A DNA stretch of 64,000 bases from Veleropilina oligotropha. Its lineage: Eukaryota. The stretch lies in the NCBI GenBank assembly GCA_048128005.1, contig JBEUKZ010000038.1, forward strand, positions 62,001 to 126,000, read 5' to 3'. Positions within the stretch are counted from its first letter, which is position 1. Each line of letters opens with the position of its first letter. Position numbers and translations under genes: made by a program. Of this stretch, positions 46,656 through 59,738 are shown piece by piece. Below the pieces are notes generated by a model. That model made no database searches and was not told the origin of the DNA. It saw only the letters and a list, made by a program, of their open reading frames with translations.

Positions 46656-48853
46656 CTATAGACCGGATTATGACAGAAAAATGTAGTCGGTGTGGTCGTT
46701 AAAAACATCAATCAAAATATCAAACAAAGTAAACATATTCTTGTCAGCTGGATCAAGGTGTTCTTGGTGCTAGATAATTTAAGATGAAAGGGTACGTTGC
46801 ATACATATAATCTAAGAGTAAACTGGATGTGTTGCAAATTTTGTTCCACTCACAGTCACATTACAGTCAATCAAGCCGGACTACTGTCCCATATCGGTAT
46901 ATAATGTAAATGACATCATGACTATAAAATGGGCATTGGCATATGATTTTTTACATTTCACCCACCCATCGTCACTTCATTTGTTGAATCAATTGCTCTC
47001 CTCAGCATTTTCAGGAGAGTTGTTTGGTACTCCGAATCATTCTATAAACCATCAGCATTGTTACACACGGCTAAATATTTGCAACACACATTATATTACA
47101 TTATACGTGTTAAATGATATCACAAAAATTAAATTTGCTCCAAATAATTGAATTTGGCTATTGATTCAAAAATGCTAGTGCGGTCCCTGCAACAAGGTAA
47201 GCTGTTCCATATTATGACCCTTTCATATTTAATATCACGCTGGTTTACATAGTACATTTATAATGGTATTGTTCGTTTCATGGGTGTACACCAGCTTACG
47301 ACTTGCATGATTGCTAAACATCAATTCAATTCCATATTCAAGCTACTGTTTGCTTGCAATGAATCAAAGTAGCACCATCTGTCTTGGATAATTGCATTCA
47401 TTTTGAAATGAATTACATGAAATGCCTGTCTGCCCATCTAGCACATACATGTAGGTGTTATCTTGTGAAGTGGCTCTTAGGCCAATAATGAAAACCTGAG
47501 TAGCATCATTTATCTATGTCCACTTGTGATAGGACCACTGCAGGTTGCTGGCTACTTTATGGTCAATTTGTCTGTGTTGGATTACAACCAGATACTGGGT
47601 CAATGATATTGGCCTGGATCATGTAGTGGGTTCACTGAGCACTATAGTCCCTTCTAAGTGTGGGTTTAAACTTTCTAGTCTTGAACCACATGCTCTCATG
47701 TCTTCACAATTACATATAAACATGATCTTACAACTTCCTAATTTAAATGTGAAAGTTAATATGTGTACCATATGCGTTTGTAAGTGAATTGGGTGTAACA
47801 TTATGCTTGTTGCTCAATTAAATTTGTTCAGTTCAATTATCACATGCAGTCACAATTGTCACATAATTTATCGGAGCGATTTAATTTGAAATTTATACCT
47901 CATTTAACAACTATTAATGTTGTCATTTGAATTTTCCATATTTTCATATGGTGGAAAAGATCCAGCGCCTCCCCCCATGGACAACAATGACTGGTAAATC
48001 TGCAGTTTCATTGAATCCAGGTTAAACACATTGTTGATCCGGTACAATCAGCTGGTCATTGATGTTCCTAGCAAACGTATCCCTGGTCCACGATGCATAG
48101 TAACAGTAGCTGACTATGTTTCCTGCTTTCTGGATCTTCGATGTGCTACACTTAAATGCTGACCAATTCTTGAATTCCAAACTGTTAGAATGCACCTATA
48201 CTATTTGACACTTTTTCCAGAATTTCAAAATGTGTAGCTTCATGTTTGTAAACATCGCTGGCAGACTTATAATTACAATTTCCCTTTCTAGCTATATTGA
48301 GATGATGGAGATGTAAACAAACATTCAGAATTCCTAAACACTAGCTGTTAATTAAGGCAAATATTTGTAAATATGTACTGTCCATGTTCTGTCTAGTCAT
48401 TTTCCATTGGCTGAAAGTGATTTGTTTTCATTTACTTTTGTGAGTGTTGCTTTCGATCTTTGAAGATATTGGCGACTAATGATTGACCGCTGAAGGGATA
48501 TTGTTAACAGGTGCCCTTAGATATACTGCAATTAGTTAGAAAGATACCGCAAGATTGTCTGTAGTCAGGTCTGTGGTCTCATGCTGATTTTGAATGCATA
48601 CATTTAATATAAACAGTGCAGAAAGATAACATCAATTTTAGTGCGCACATACATTAAAAGTTACATCCATTCATTTAACATTTAGATCATGTATTATGAA
48701 GTTGGATTTTTTGCTTTGTCTGAAATTAGGTTATAAGGTTCTGACGATATATATATACAAATTATTAAGTACAGATTGACAATGTTTTAGCTCTAGAAAA
48801 ATTGGCGAAGATCGTTATGATCGATCAGTGGTCACCTCTACTCCTCCAAATTG

Positions 48854-49222
48854 GCATGGGACATGCTGACATGAGACATGCTGACATGAGACATGCTAAC
48901 ATGGGGCATGCTGACATGGGACATGATGACATGAGGCATGCTGACATGCTGACATGGGACATGCTGACATGGGACATGCTGACATGGGACATGCTGACAT
49001 GGGACATGCTGACATGGGACATGCTGACATGGGACATCCTGACAAGAGACATGCTGACATGGGACATGCTGACATGAGACATGCTGACATGGGACATGAT
49101 GACATGAGGCATGCTGACATGCTGACATGGGACATGCTGGCATGAGACATGCTGACATGAGACATGCTGACATGAGACATGCTGACATGGGACATGCTGA
49201 CATGGGACATGCTGACATGAGA
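48854..49222. repeat. 15-bp minisatellite (gacatgggacatgct)n, built from 7- and 8-bp subunits
   Basis: Direct reading; it generates the spurious repetitive ORFs in several frames. Confidence 0.97.
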
Positions 49223-52200
49223 CCTTCACAGTATTGTTGGTGTCAACATCTATTAAACTAAGCTGGTCCTGAACAAAATTAAGATCACTCCAACATTCAA
49301 GCTGGTTGTCATTGCAGCAATTTTGAATTATCATTGAATGCTATCACTAACTCCTCCAGGATGTTGAGGCATATTAATTACCACTGGATCTTGAGTATTT
49401 GAATGAATGCACTTTAATATCTAGTTGATCCTAATTAAGTTAAAATCTTCAAATGGACATTGACATGGGATCTAGCTTTACAGGATTGTTGGACAGCATA
49501 TCAATGGCAGCTGTGGAACCGTGGTTCCTGGCCTAAAAAATAAAACCTGTAAAGTACGCCCAGGAGAGCATCTGTTTCATACATGTATGCAAGTCTGATG
49601 GCGTTTCCCCTTTTGAATAGGGGTTAAAGACGTTTACGTATTTCCTATTCGATTTACCATGATAATAATACTTGACGTTACATGTTGCATGTCATGATTA
49701 CGTAATATTATAGATTTTCATAGGTATGATCTATTTTATGTAGATAAATCATAAGTTAGACTTCCAATATCCTTTCTGAAAGCTGGATGTATGCAGTCAA
49801 GTCAAGCGTGCCGGATTATTTACTTTAATCAGACGTATCTGTAATTGATCATAACCTTGGTCAGAGTGCTCGCTCCTCCCTGGTAGGCTATGAATGCATT
49901 TTTGCCCTCGATAACGCCTTGCATACAATGATGTGATCTTTTAAACCTTCTAGACAAGATAATCGGAGCCACGAAATGGGTTTCAAGCTGGGCTTGGAAT
50001 GTTTTAGGTGATACAAATTTCAAGCTTGTTACATATTTGCGACTAGATACTGTTTGGTGACATCATTAACATGAAATATCTTGCCTTGTATCCATTCAAT
50101 CAGCTTTAATTGAGATCAGACCCTGTCAAGGGTGTTTGTTTTGTTGGTTTACGGGTGGTTTCATGGCTCGGTAGGTGTCCTTGTGTTTAGGAATAACATA
50201 TCCGAGATCAAGGGCATCTAATCTATGAACACCTGTATTCATTTGCAGCATACTGCAGCACTATGCAATCACATCTTGAATTTCAAGGCTTTGACGGATA
50301 CCAGTAACCTCCGGTAGTCTAATAGCATCTGCTTGATCAACTTGATATCAGCGCAACGTTGCTGCATGATTCAAAACATTCCAGAAATTGTTAGTAAACT
50401 GTACATGTATGTAACATTTGCTCAATGATATGCCGATAATTGTTGAAACTTTAATAGAGTAAACTTTAATAGAGTAGTTTCATTCTGACTTCAAATATCT
50501 AATCATTATTCAATTGAATGTTATTGAATTGTATATATTCAGTATTCATACGTCTGACTGTTACTAGGCAAATTTGAAACTTGACAAATTCGGAAAATTA
50601 TTAAGCATAGCCGAATATCACAGATCTACTCTGGATCATTGACACATGCAATATGTGTAACATCTATTATGAGGCTTTTTGTCTCCGAACGACTGCTCGA
50701 TCTTTGAATTACGCTACCAGCACATTTGTTTCAGCTATCCGAGGGACACCCAAGGCACAGCCTCTAAAACAAAGTGGTATATTGCTTTTCTTCTCCAATC
50801 CTCCATTGTTGTGTATTCTTGTAATTTTATTTATTTGGATAGATACTTTCCTTTTGATTTTTCATTTACTCTATTTATATATTATTAGTCAACAAAAATC
50901 TGGATTGCACATACAATTGATATGATTGATAGAATAATACACATATAAAAAAATAGATATCAATATGAAAGTGTCTGTCAAGTAATAGATTGTCCATGAA
51001 GTTTGTGTGGCTATACATCTTATCTTTTCATCTATTTATGGCACACCTAACTGAATTGTGGCAAGGAATTCCGAATACGATGCTTGCTTTCATGTGTTAC
51101 ACAGTTTGGTTGCACTTTTTGGTGTAGTAGTTCTGATAATAATTTTGTTCATTTTCCCAAACACGACAAATAGATGGAAATTATTTTTTGCCATTTGGGT
51201 AGAAAAATAATAGCGATCCTCCTTTCTACGTATGCAGACAGTTTTAGCTATGACGACTGTTTATGTCAAGTGTACTGGTAAAAGGTGGACAAGGGTATAG
51301 TTAGTGGCGGAATTATGTTATTTCTTGTTTTTTTCGAGCTCGCGATAATCAATTTGCTGTAATAAATATCTGTATTGTATATTTGTCGTTTAAATGTAAA
51401 ATTTTGCCAATGCATTAATTGTAGTCAAAATTGAAACAAGCAATGATGACATTGTATAGCGTCACTTCATATAATTTACCTACAATCTGCATGTTATTCT
51501 ATCTCCATTTTACAAATATAATATTTCCGACTTTGAATGTTTTACCATGCACAAAGGCACATTCAACACGCACACGTCGTCAGAGTAAATGCATGTCATG
51601 AAACCATACAGTGTAATGTCGCTTTTAATTGATTGCTCTAGAATTGACCGACAGGAGTGCTTTGAACCTCGGTTGGAGAAAAGGAATTCTTTGTTCAGTT
51701 ACCAATCACAGTTGTTCCTGTCTGGCTGGAGAGGGTGCCCTGAAATCCACCCACACCCGGCAGATACGGACTGCTTTGACTGATAATTGTGTTGCGTGCC
51801 GAACCGAAGATTCAAACTCACTCCTGTTAATCACAGCTGTCAGACGAATCCAGTACACTACACCACCGAGGTGGCTTGTTTTACATTTTAGCAATTAAGT
51901 TCAATGTTTTGAATCTTTCTCTATTTGTAGATTACAGAAAGCATCCTTATTTAAAACTTAAGCACATGAAAGTTACGTCTGGTAAACAGAATTCAGGTTT
52001 TCTTGATCAGTACGCGGTAGCCACTTTTAATGTGCACGCTTCCAGTTTCCGTAAATTCTCTGCCTATAGTTTTACTCCAGGTCTCATGTTTGCGCAGCAG
52101 ACTTGTGTTCTGATAATTATTACGCACAACATTTTGCTCTTTAAATAATGTTAACATTTTGCACATGTCTTCATTAGCTATAGTGTCTTTTAATTAGTGC

Positions 52201-52805
52201 AAAGCCGATGTAATACGTAAGTTTTCAGTGTAATTTCTTATTGATTTGCTATAATATGAATTTAATTGTTGGACATTGCCAAAAATATTTGTTTTGAAAC
52301 TATTAATAACTAGGGCTATAACAAATGTTTCGATAATATTCAGGTATTTTTCACGCATTCTCATTTCGTCTATCTGTAATAGAGGTTTTTGTTTAATATA
52401 ATATATATATACTAACGGTTTCTGTATTGGTGATTGTAAAATCATATTGATTATACATATATATTACATATATGTATTTGAATTTATTTTCGATAATCTA
52501 AATTTGCATATTCATATTATTGTGGATATTGATATGCTATCCCTTTTAATGTTCAGTTTGCGATTTAACCTTCTTCGTTCATTCTAATTTCTATAAAAGC
52601 AAAAACTCTGTATTGAACAAAAAAGTGATACCCGTAATATAAACCAACTTAGACAGGTAAGTACAAGAATTACATGTTAAGTGCAATAACCCGCTGTTTG
52701 TTTTTGTATTACATCATTGTGCACATGTATTGTCATTTTGACGTTGATATTCAGTGTTGTTGTAATGCAATCTCCAGTGTCTATATACTCAATTCTTTGT
52801 TTCAG

Positions 52806-52931
52806 CTGTTGGTGGCTGCAGTAATGGTCAAGGCGGGTGCGAGCATATCTGTGTGGATGGGTACAATGGTCACTTTCATTGTCGATGCCGAGATGGGTAC
52901 AGGCTTGGAACAGATGGGAAAGCGTGCGATG
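52806..52931 (+). CDS. MEGF6: Exon: third EGF domain of the MEGF6/EGFEM1-like gene
   Basis: ttctttgtttcag| ... |gtaaat; 126 bp, phase 1-1; VGGCSNGQGGCEHICVDGYNGHFHCRCRDGYRLGTDGKACD; in frame with 33312-33434. Confidence 0.88.
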
Positions 52932-53435
52932 GTAAATTATTAGCATTTAGTTTAATAATTGCAAATCTTTTCCTAAAATTTACAAAGATTGTGACTGTGC
53001 CTGCAAGGGATGCCTGTCATTCAGCTCTGGAGAAGCAGTCTAGATGGCTGTGCAAGCTGAAACTTAATTATGCCATTAGCTTTAAATTTGACTCCGATTA
53101 AAGGTCAAATAAGGCAGTCATGAAATCTTGTGTTCATGCTAGAATTAAGATTATATAAACATTAAATATATGCTAAGCCAGTTAAAACAAAAAATATATT
53201 AAAATAACACTAAAATATATAGTTTAAAATTGTCACGCCTAACAAAATTTTTCTTCGTGACCTAGCTCTGACCTTGCAAGCTATTATGACAGCAAACCCG
53301 CCAAACAAATGCCATAATCATGACAGCTCATGCCAGGACTATTAGTGCGAAGACCGCGATAACTCGTGCCACATTCAATACGACTTAATTTCATGGCAAA
53401 TAAAAATCGTACAAGAAGTAAAATCATACATGTAT

Positions 53436-54404
53436 CAGTGCTCTATGCTCACTTTTCAATCCAGGAGCGCAACGCTCCTTAGTTTTAAGATTTAGAGCGC
53501 ACATTAAAATATAGGAGCGCAGTTTGGTAGCAATAGTTTTGGACAGCGCAATCCTGTATATAGCAATATTAATTAATAGAAGGTAATGTGATATGAAAGC
53601 ACAACGGTAGTTGCTTTCTCTCTATGTAAACTCAACTTCAGAGTATTAACAGAATAAAGACAATTTAAGGCAAATTATTAATCAATTTCAAGTTTATTTT
53701 ATCATGTCATGTGGTCTGGGAAACTAAATTACAATACATCAGATTCTGGGTCAACAAGACACTCATCAGCTACACAGAGCAAGTCCAAATCATCTGGCCA
53801 TCTTTTGAAATTTGGCCTTCGTGTTTTGTTTGAAAGCCAAAGTGTGACAGCAGGAGCAGGATCAAAGCATGCAACATCGGGACCCTCTGTACAGACAAAA
53901 AATTTGGATATATTTGACTGCGACATAACGTCACATATCGTGAAACGCTGAAACGGCAAAGTCTTCAAGTTGCATTGCGATTTCGATATGCTTTCCGCTG
54001 AGGTCAAAAAGTAGAACGCTCGTTATTTTCCGTCAGTTCTTGGGATATATTGTGCCAGTTGCCACGATGTTTGACGGAGTATTGCGAGCAATTCTCCGAT
54101 TGGGATATGTCAATGAATAAGCTTGCTCGAAGCAAGCGGGAATGCTGACAGTCGACTAACGACTTCACTTTGATAATCAGTCGATTGAATAACTAGATAA
54201 TATACCTTATAGTTTTAATCTATAAAATGTGCAAGGATAGCAAGTCATAAATCAATATCATGTGCACTGATTAATTTGGGATTTATTTATAGGTCGCACA
54301 GCCTAAAACGATATACGCGCGCAATGCGACTGAATTTATTTTTGGTCGCAAACGTTAAAATCAAGTCGCAATCGTGACTAAAGTGGTCGCACTGTAGAGC
54401 ACTT
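53436..54404 (-). mobile_element. Deleted hAT element retaining the transposase C-terminus
   Basis: Ends cagtgctcta / tagagcact(t); 5-bp flank duplication tgtat; minus-strand peptide EGPDVACFDPAPAVTLWLSNKTRRP (53729-54007) typical of hAT C-termini; subterminal gagcgca / gtcgca repeats. Confidence 0.7.
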
Positions 54405-55656
54405 TGTATATTACGACAGTTTTGATAATCAAGGAAGTCATTACACATGATTGTATTTCCATCAGCATTCATATGTAATATTCTAAGCTGCTAATCTTAA
54501 CACCAATTGCTATGAACTCAGTGACTTTTCCTGCCATGATTTTGATTTAACACTAGGTTTACCAATCAATCAATCGTTGATAGGTGACCCTATCCATGCA
54601 AAATGGGTACGTATATGTGACATTAAAAGCAAAATATTATTTCTTTAAATTTATCAGTATTGAACTGTAAGAATATCCTTTTGATAGTTGTTTTTCTAAA
54701 TCCAAAATGCTAATATAATATAATATCAATATCAACTACTTTGAAAGGCTCCTTCTTGTATGGTGTCAGTCAGTTTACGTATGTAACAAGGACAGACATT
54801 TCTTTCCTAAAACATTGTATAATTTTAAGAAATATTACAAAGAAACATTTAAGAAGGTTTATTTACTTCAACTGTATAAAAGATACTCAGAAAATTCATT
54901 GACTTAAATAATCAGAACTCAAAATACCATCTTTCACTCTGTAGATTGATCACACGTAGCCATTGTGATATTGGGTACACTTGATACATTTCATGTACAA
55001 CATAATTATATCAATATGTATTTATATATGAGACAAAAAACATTATAACCAAGTAGTATAATAAATGCAATAGAAGTTTTGTTAAAATGATAATAAAAAT
55101 GTTACTTTGAAGAAAGTTTTCTTCAGGCTGTTTAAAGGTAGGTGCTGAAATAACGTATGTAACGCCAGACAATGGACAGACACAACATTATAACATTGAT
55201 TTAAATCATGAAGCGCACTTTAATCACACTTGTAAATTTCGTCAATTACAAATAATATCAAGTTACCCACATAAAGAAATGGATCTAATACATTTATTAG
55301 AATAATTAACTTAAGTATTCAAAAGAGTATACTTGTTATTACTTGTTAATTATGCATTTAATAATAAATGCAATACAATCCAGTAGAATACCCATATTGA
55401 GAAGAAGTGGATCTAATAATTATTTCAGAATGGATATATTTGTTTTAAATTTATATACACAATATGGCTACAGATGGATCTAAATAAATACAGGTGGATC
55501 TAATGATGTATAGGTGGATCAAATAATGTATTTTTATAATTAAAAGGCTTACTCGTTATAAATATTTACAAATAACAATAAATGTTAACATTTATTAATA
55601 TTAATAATAACAACAAATATGTACATTATGGAATAAATTGTTCATGGTTTCAAGTC

Positions 55657-55980
55657 ACATGGATAATAAAATAAGAAATATAGACTTACTTACTTTGAAA
55701 CAATAATAATAAAGAACACCAGATTGCTCACACGAGAAGAATGGTTCAACCCCAAAGTCAAAGAAGCTATTTACATCAGGCAACAGAAACCCACCGGGAG
55801 CCGGGCAACCACCTCCCGGCCATGTACACATCGATTCTCCTGCCACGCAGAGCGCTACATCATAAACTGTCATTAATTACATGGCCAAGGTCCGCAATAG
55901 ATGTGACCAAAACATCGTAATCGTTTCAAAAATTTGGTTCAAAGTAAGTAAATAGATAGACATTTACCATTTTATTATCC
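55657..55980 (+). mobile_element. Penelope-like element 3' fragment (GIY-YIG C-terminus + pLTR) with upstream inverted pLTR piece
   Basis: gtcaaagaagctatttacatcaggcaacagaaaccc = VKEAIYIRQQKP; decayed hammerhead-like hairpin at 55878-55920; 55667-55698 is an inverted copy of 55938-55980. Confidence 0.65.
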
Positions 55981-56199
55981 ACAATAATGTAGTTTATTTT
56001 GAAAAAGATAACTGAATTATTTATGTACAAAATCAATCTCATAATTATGGCCGCCATGAACAAACAGTTTATTAAAAAATCATACTTTATATCAACTTGA
56101 AAATTCTTTCAATTACAAATAATATCCAAGATATATACCCACATTAAGATAAGTTGATCTAATAATAATGTAGTGTCCTTTTTTACAAAAAGGTCACGA

Positions 56200-57720
56200 C
56201 ATAATTATTCAAAAATGCATACTTGTATGTTCATGTATATGATATGATTCTAAATATATACAGTTGATCTAATACTAATTATTACTATACAGGCATGACA
56301 GGTAGATCAAATAATTATTATTATAATCAAGTATTGAAAAATGCATACTTGTTAGAAATACACGCACATGCACACATGCACAAACACGTACACGCACGCA
56401 TGCACACACACAGTATAGATACAGGTGAATCTAAATATATACTGTTGATCTAATAATATACAAGTGGATTTAATGATATACCGGTGGATCCAAGAATTAT
56501 TACTATATATCAAGTATTGAAAAACACATACTGGATTGAAATACGCATACATATAATTATATATACAATATAGATACAGATGGATCTAAATATATACAGG
56601 TGTATCAAATAATTATTATAATCACGTATTGAAAAATGCATACTTGTAACTTGTTATAAATACACATACATTCATCTTAATATAATGGAGCTATAATTGT
56701 ATGTGTGTCTGTCTGTCTGTCTGTCTGTTTCAAGTTGAACTCCTCCCAGACGCTTTGACCTAGGACCTTCAAACTTTGGGGGGTTAATCGGGGTCCCCCA
56801 AGGAAGGTTTACCACGAAAAAAATTCGGAAAATTCGCGAAAAAAAAAAAAATTTACTATCATTTTTAATATAATCGAGAAAAAAAAAAAAAAAAAAAAAG
56901 GGAGCACTATCCAAAAAAAAAAAAAAAAATTTGGGCTGGGGGGACTTACCCGGCGAAGACGGGTACCATTGCTAGTATATACAATAATAATTCAATATAG
57001 ATATACAATATAGATACAAGTGGATACAAATATATACAGTTAATCTAATAATATACAGGTAGATCAAATAATTATTATTATAATCAAATATTGAAAAATG
57101 CATACTTGTTAGAAATACACGCACACACACACACACAGACACACACACACGCACAATATAGATACAGGTGGATCTAAATATATACTGGTGGATTTAATGA
57201 TATACCGGTGAATCCAAGAATTATTACTACAGTGTATATATCAAGTATTGAAAAAAATATACTGGATGGAAATATGCATACATATAATTATATATACAAT
57301 ATATAAACAGATGGATCTAAATATATACAGGTGTATAAAATAATTATTATTATCACGTATTGAAAAATGCATACTTGTTAGAAATACACATACATTCATA
57401 TATACAATATAGATACATGTATATACAATATAGATACAAGTGGATAAAAATATATACAGTTGATCTAATAATATACAGGTGGATCTATGATATACAGGTA
57501 GATCAAATAATTATTATTATAACCAAGTATTGAAAAATGCATACTTGTTAGAAATACACATACATACATATATACAATATAGATACAAGCGGATAAAAAT
57601 ATATACAGTTGATCTAATAATATACAGGTGGATCAAAAAATTATTATCATAATCAAGTATTATCATAATCAAGTACTCAAGAATGCATACTAGTACTGTA
57701 TTATTACTTGTTATAAATAT
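56200..57720. repeat. AT-rich complex minisatellite (caggtggatctaa / attgaaaaatgcatacttgttagaaatacac units)
   Basis: Many repeated units of ~110-160 bp; more decayed copies extend back to ~55240. Confidence 0.85.
56675..56975 (+). mobile_element. Short non-autonomous Helitron
   Basis: A|TC start, (gtct)n, 3' hairpin acccggcgaagacgggt, CTAG|T end; joined flanks reproduce the neighbouring satellite unit at ~57385-57408 with no TSD. Confidence 0.88.
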
Positions 57721-58212
57721 ATGCAATTAACATTGAATTCAATATTTACCAGTGGAATATTCTGGTATTACATGTATTATTTAATAAAATTAATTTTATT
57801 TTGAAAAGATACATTAATTAGTTAAGTTCAACACAAATCTCTTTTAGTGAAGGCCACCATGAACAATATGACTGCATGTGAATAATCTGATAAAAGCTCC
57901 TTATACTTACAGGAATAAAAATAGCAACATACCATCCTTCCCTCATTAAAACAAGACACCTGACATGGTTGTAATACTGAAATTTTAGGGAATTAACAAA
58001 TTTGAACATGTGTGGTAAAAAAAAGATTTCATTTGCATTAAATCTATTTAATATTCCATTCAAAAATCCTGAAAGATTCTTACAACAACATAATTATTTT
58101 GTTACAGCTTTTCAAAATTATGTACACACAAATACCCTAATTGGTGATGTAAAAGATGGTCTATTGACTGTTGAATTGGCATTGCTTTTAACTGGTTGTT
58201 TTGTTGAAACTT

Positions 58213-58416
58213 TTAAAAATCTTTAAATGAGTACAGAATACGTGTCCCACAGCAACTGATATCAGGTGGCGCTAGAATCTTGACAATGTCAGGAGGCAAG
58301 ATGACGAATTGCTTGTCTTCAATCGAATATTTGTTTGTCTGCCTTTCTTTCAGAAAGCTGACCCATATGACACTCTTATTGTCCGTTTCTGCGTAAGACG
58401 TCGGTGGAATTGTGAC
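58213..58416 (-). CDS. Probable terminal exon of the Sola2-type transposase gene
   Basis: Acceptor tttcag|; VTIPPTSYAETDNKSVIWVSFLKERQTNKYSIEDKQFVILPPDIVKILAPPDISCCGTRILYSFKDF*; GC-richer than its flanks. Confidence 0.5.
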   Translation of the reverse strand, partial: VTIPPTSYAETDNKSVIWVSFLKERQTNKYSIEDKQFVILPPDIVKILAPPDISCCGTRILYSFKDF

Positions 58417-59738
58417 CTGAAATGTTACAATTTTTGTTATCAAAGAAGTACATGTATGGTCACCTGCATGAAATTATATATAAGACTGACAACATTGATA
58501 TTTCCAATGCATATATATTTCAATAAAACATTAAAGAATACACAATAATTATATACGCATTTCTTATAAGCTTCATGCATGTAAGTATATAATGTACTAT
58601 AGACAATGAACATTGATATTTGGAATCTTAATTATAATGTAACAGTTTAGTAATGTTATAAAAAATAATGACATTCATTTAGAATAGTGAAATGAAGTCC
58701 ATGACACACTCACAACTTGAAGTGGAGACTCTTAATTTTATAGACCAGCATCGCAATCACTAGTTTTGTGCAAAATAAGTGCATATATTAAAATTTACAG
58801 TAAATTTACTGTTAAAAAACAACACCAAAAAAGAGTGGTAACGGAATTTTTCCAAGCATGAAATAACCGACCGCAGAAATAGTAAAAAATATTCATCAAC
58901 GAACAAGAAACGTATTCATGTTTATATTTACTAAATTATCATGCATAGGGCAATCAAAGGAGAATGTGTGAGATTAAGGTTTGCATTTTTCAATGAACTT
59001 GGCTTTATTTTCAGGATCCAAACTACCTCGGATGAGTAGTGCAGAGCAGCATGGGCTTGTGTGTAGAACAACACAGTTACTGTAATATTATTATTTAAAA
59101 TTATATGAAATAAAGATTTTTACCTGATTTTTGCCTTGTTGCTGCAGGTAACTCATAAATTGATAATATGTATAGTTCTGCATGTAAGACTGAAGTGCTA
59201 CAGGCATACTTATTCCGTTCAGGATAGAGACAATTATGTCAAATTCAAACAAACAATTAATCAATTCATGCAACCGTACTTACTACACAAGGATAAGAGG
59301 ATACACCTTGTAGAACCTTAAGAAAGGTTCCTATAACAGCATAGCTGAATATATAAAACAATGAAATTAACACAAGATCTTATGTGATTGATGTAATTCA
59401 TTTATTCCAAATACAATTACAATTTGTTATTTACATATCAATTGAAATAATACACATGATTTTCGGGTCTTAAGTATACGTACAATATATTGCTAATAAT
59501 GATTAATTAAGCATGTTCTCATTCTCTATTAAATGTAATCGTTGGTGTCACATAACAGTTTTGCAACTAACATAAAGCCAAAGGTAGTTCTATAAAAAAT
59601 TATCAAACCCACCAGTCCATACAGGATCAGCAGCGACACTAGATTTTTCTGGAACAATGATTTCTGGCATCATCTCAAAATTAGTTAATCAAATTGTTTA
59701 CCATGGTGATAAGCATTATCAGAACAGCTGATCTTTAC

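Noticed and set aside
48802..49334. Repetitive Cys/His/Met-rich ORFs
   Set aside because: These are translations of a 15-bp minisatellite that is open in multiple frames on both strands.
44280..50400. Several coding-like decayed stretches (44280-45050, 47160-48340, 49800-50370)
   Set aside because: Probably old TE remnants, but no diagnostic motif could be read, so they are left unassigned.
57910..57958. Small minus-strand exon-like segment (CLVLMREGWYVAIFIP)
   Set aside because: It lies downstream of the proposed transposase stop exon and cannot be placed in a gene model.
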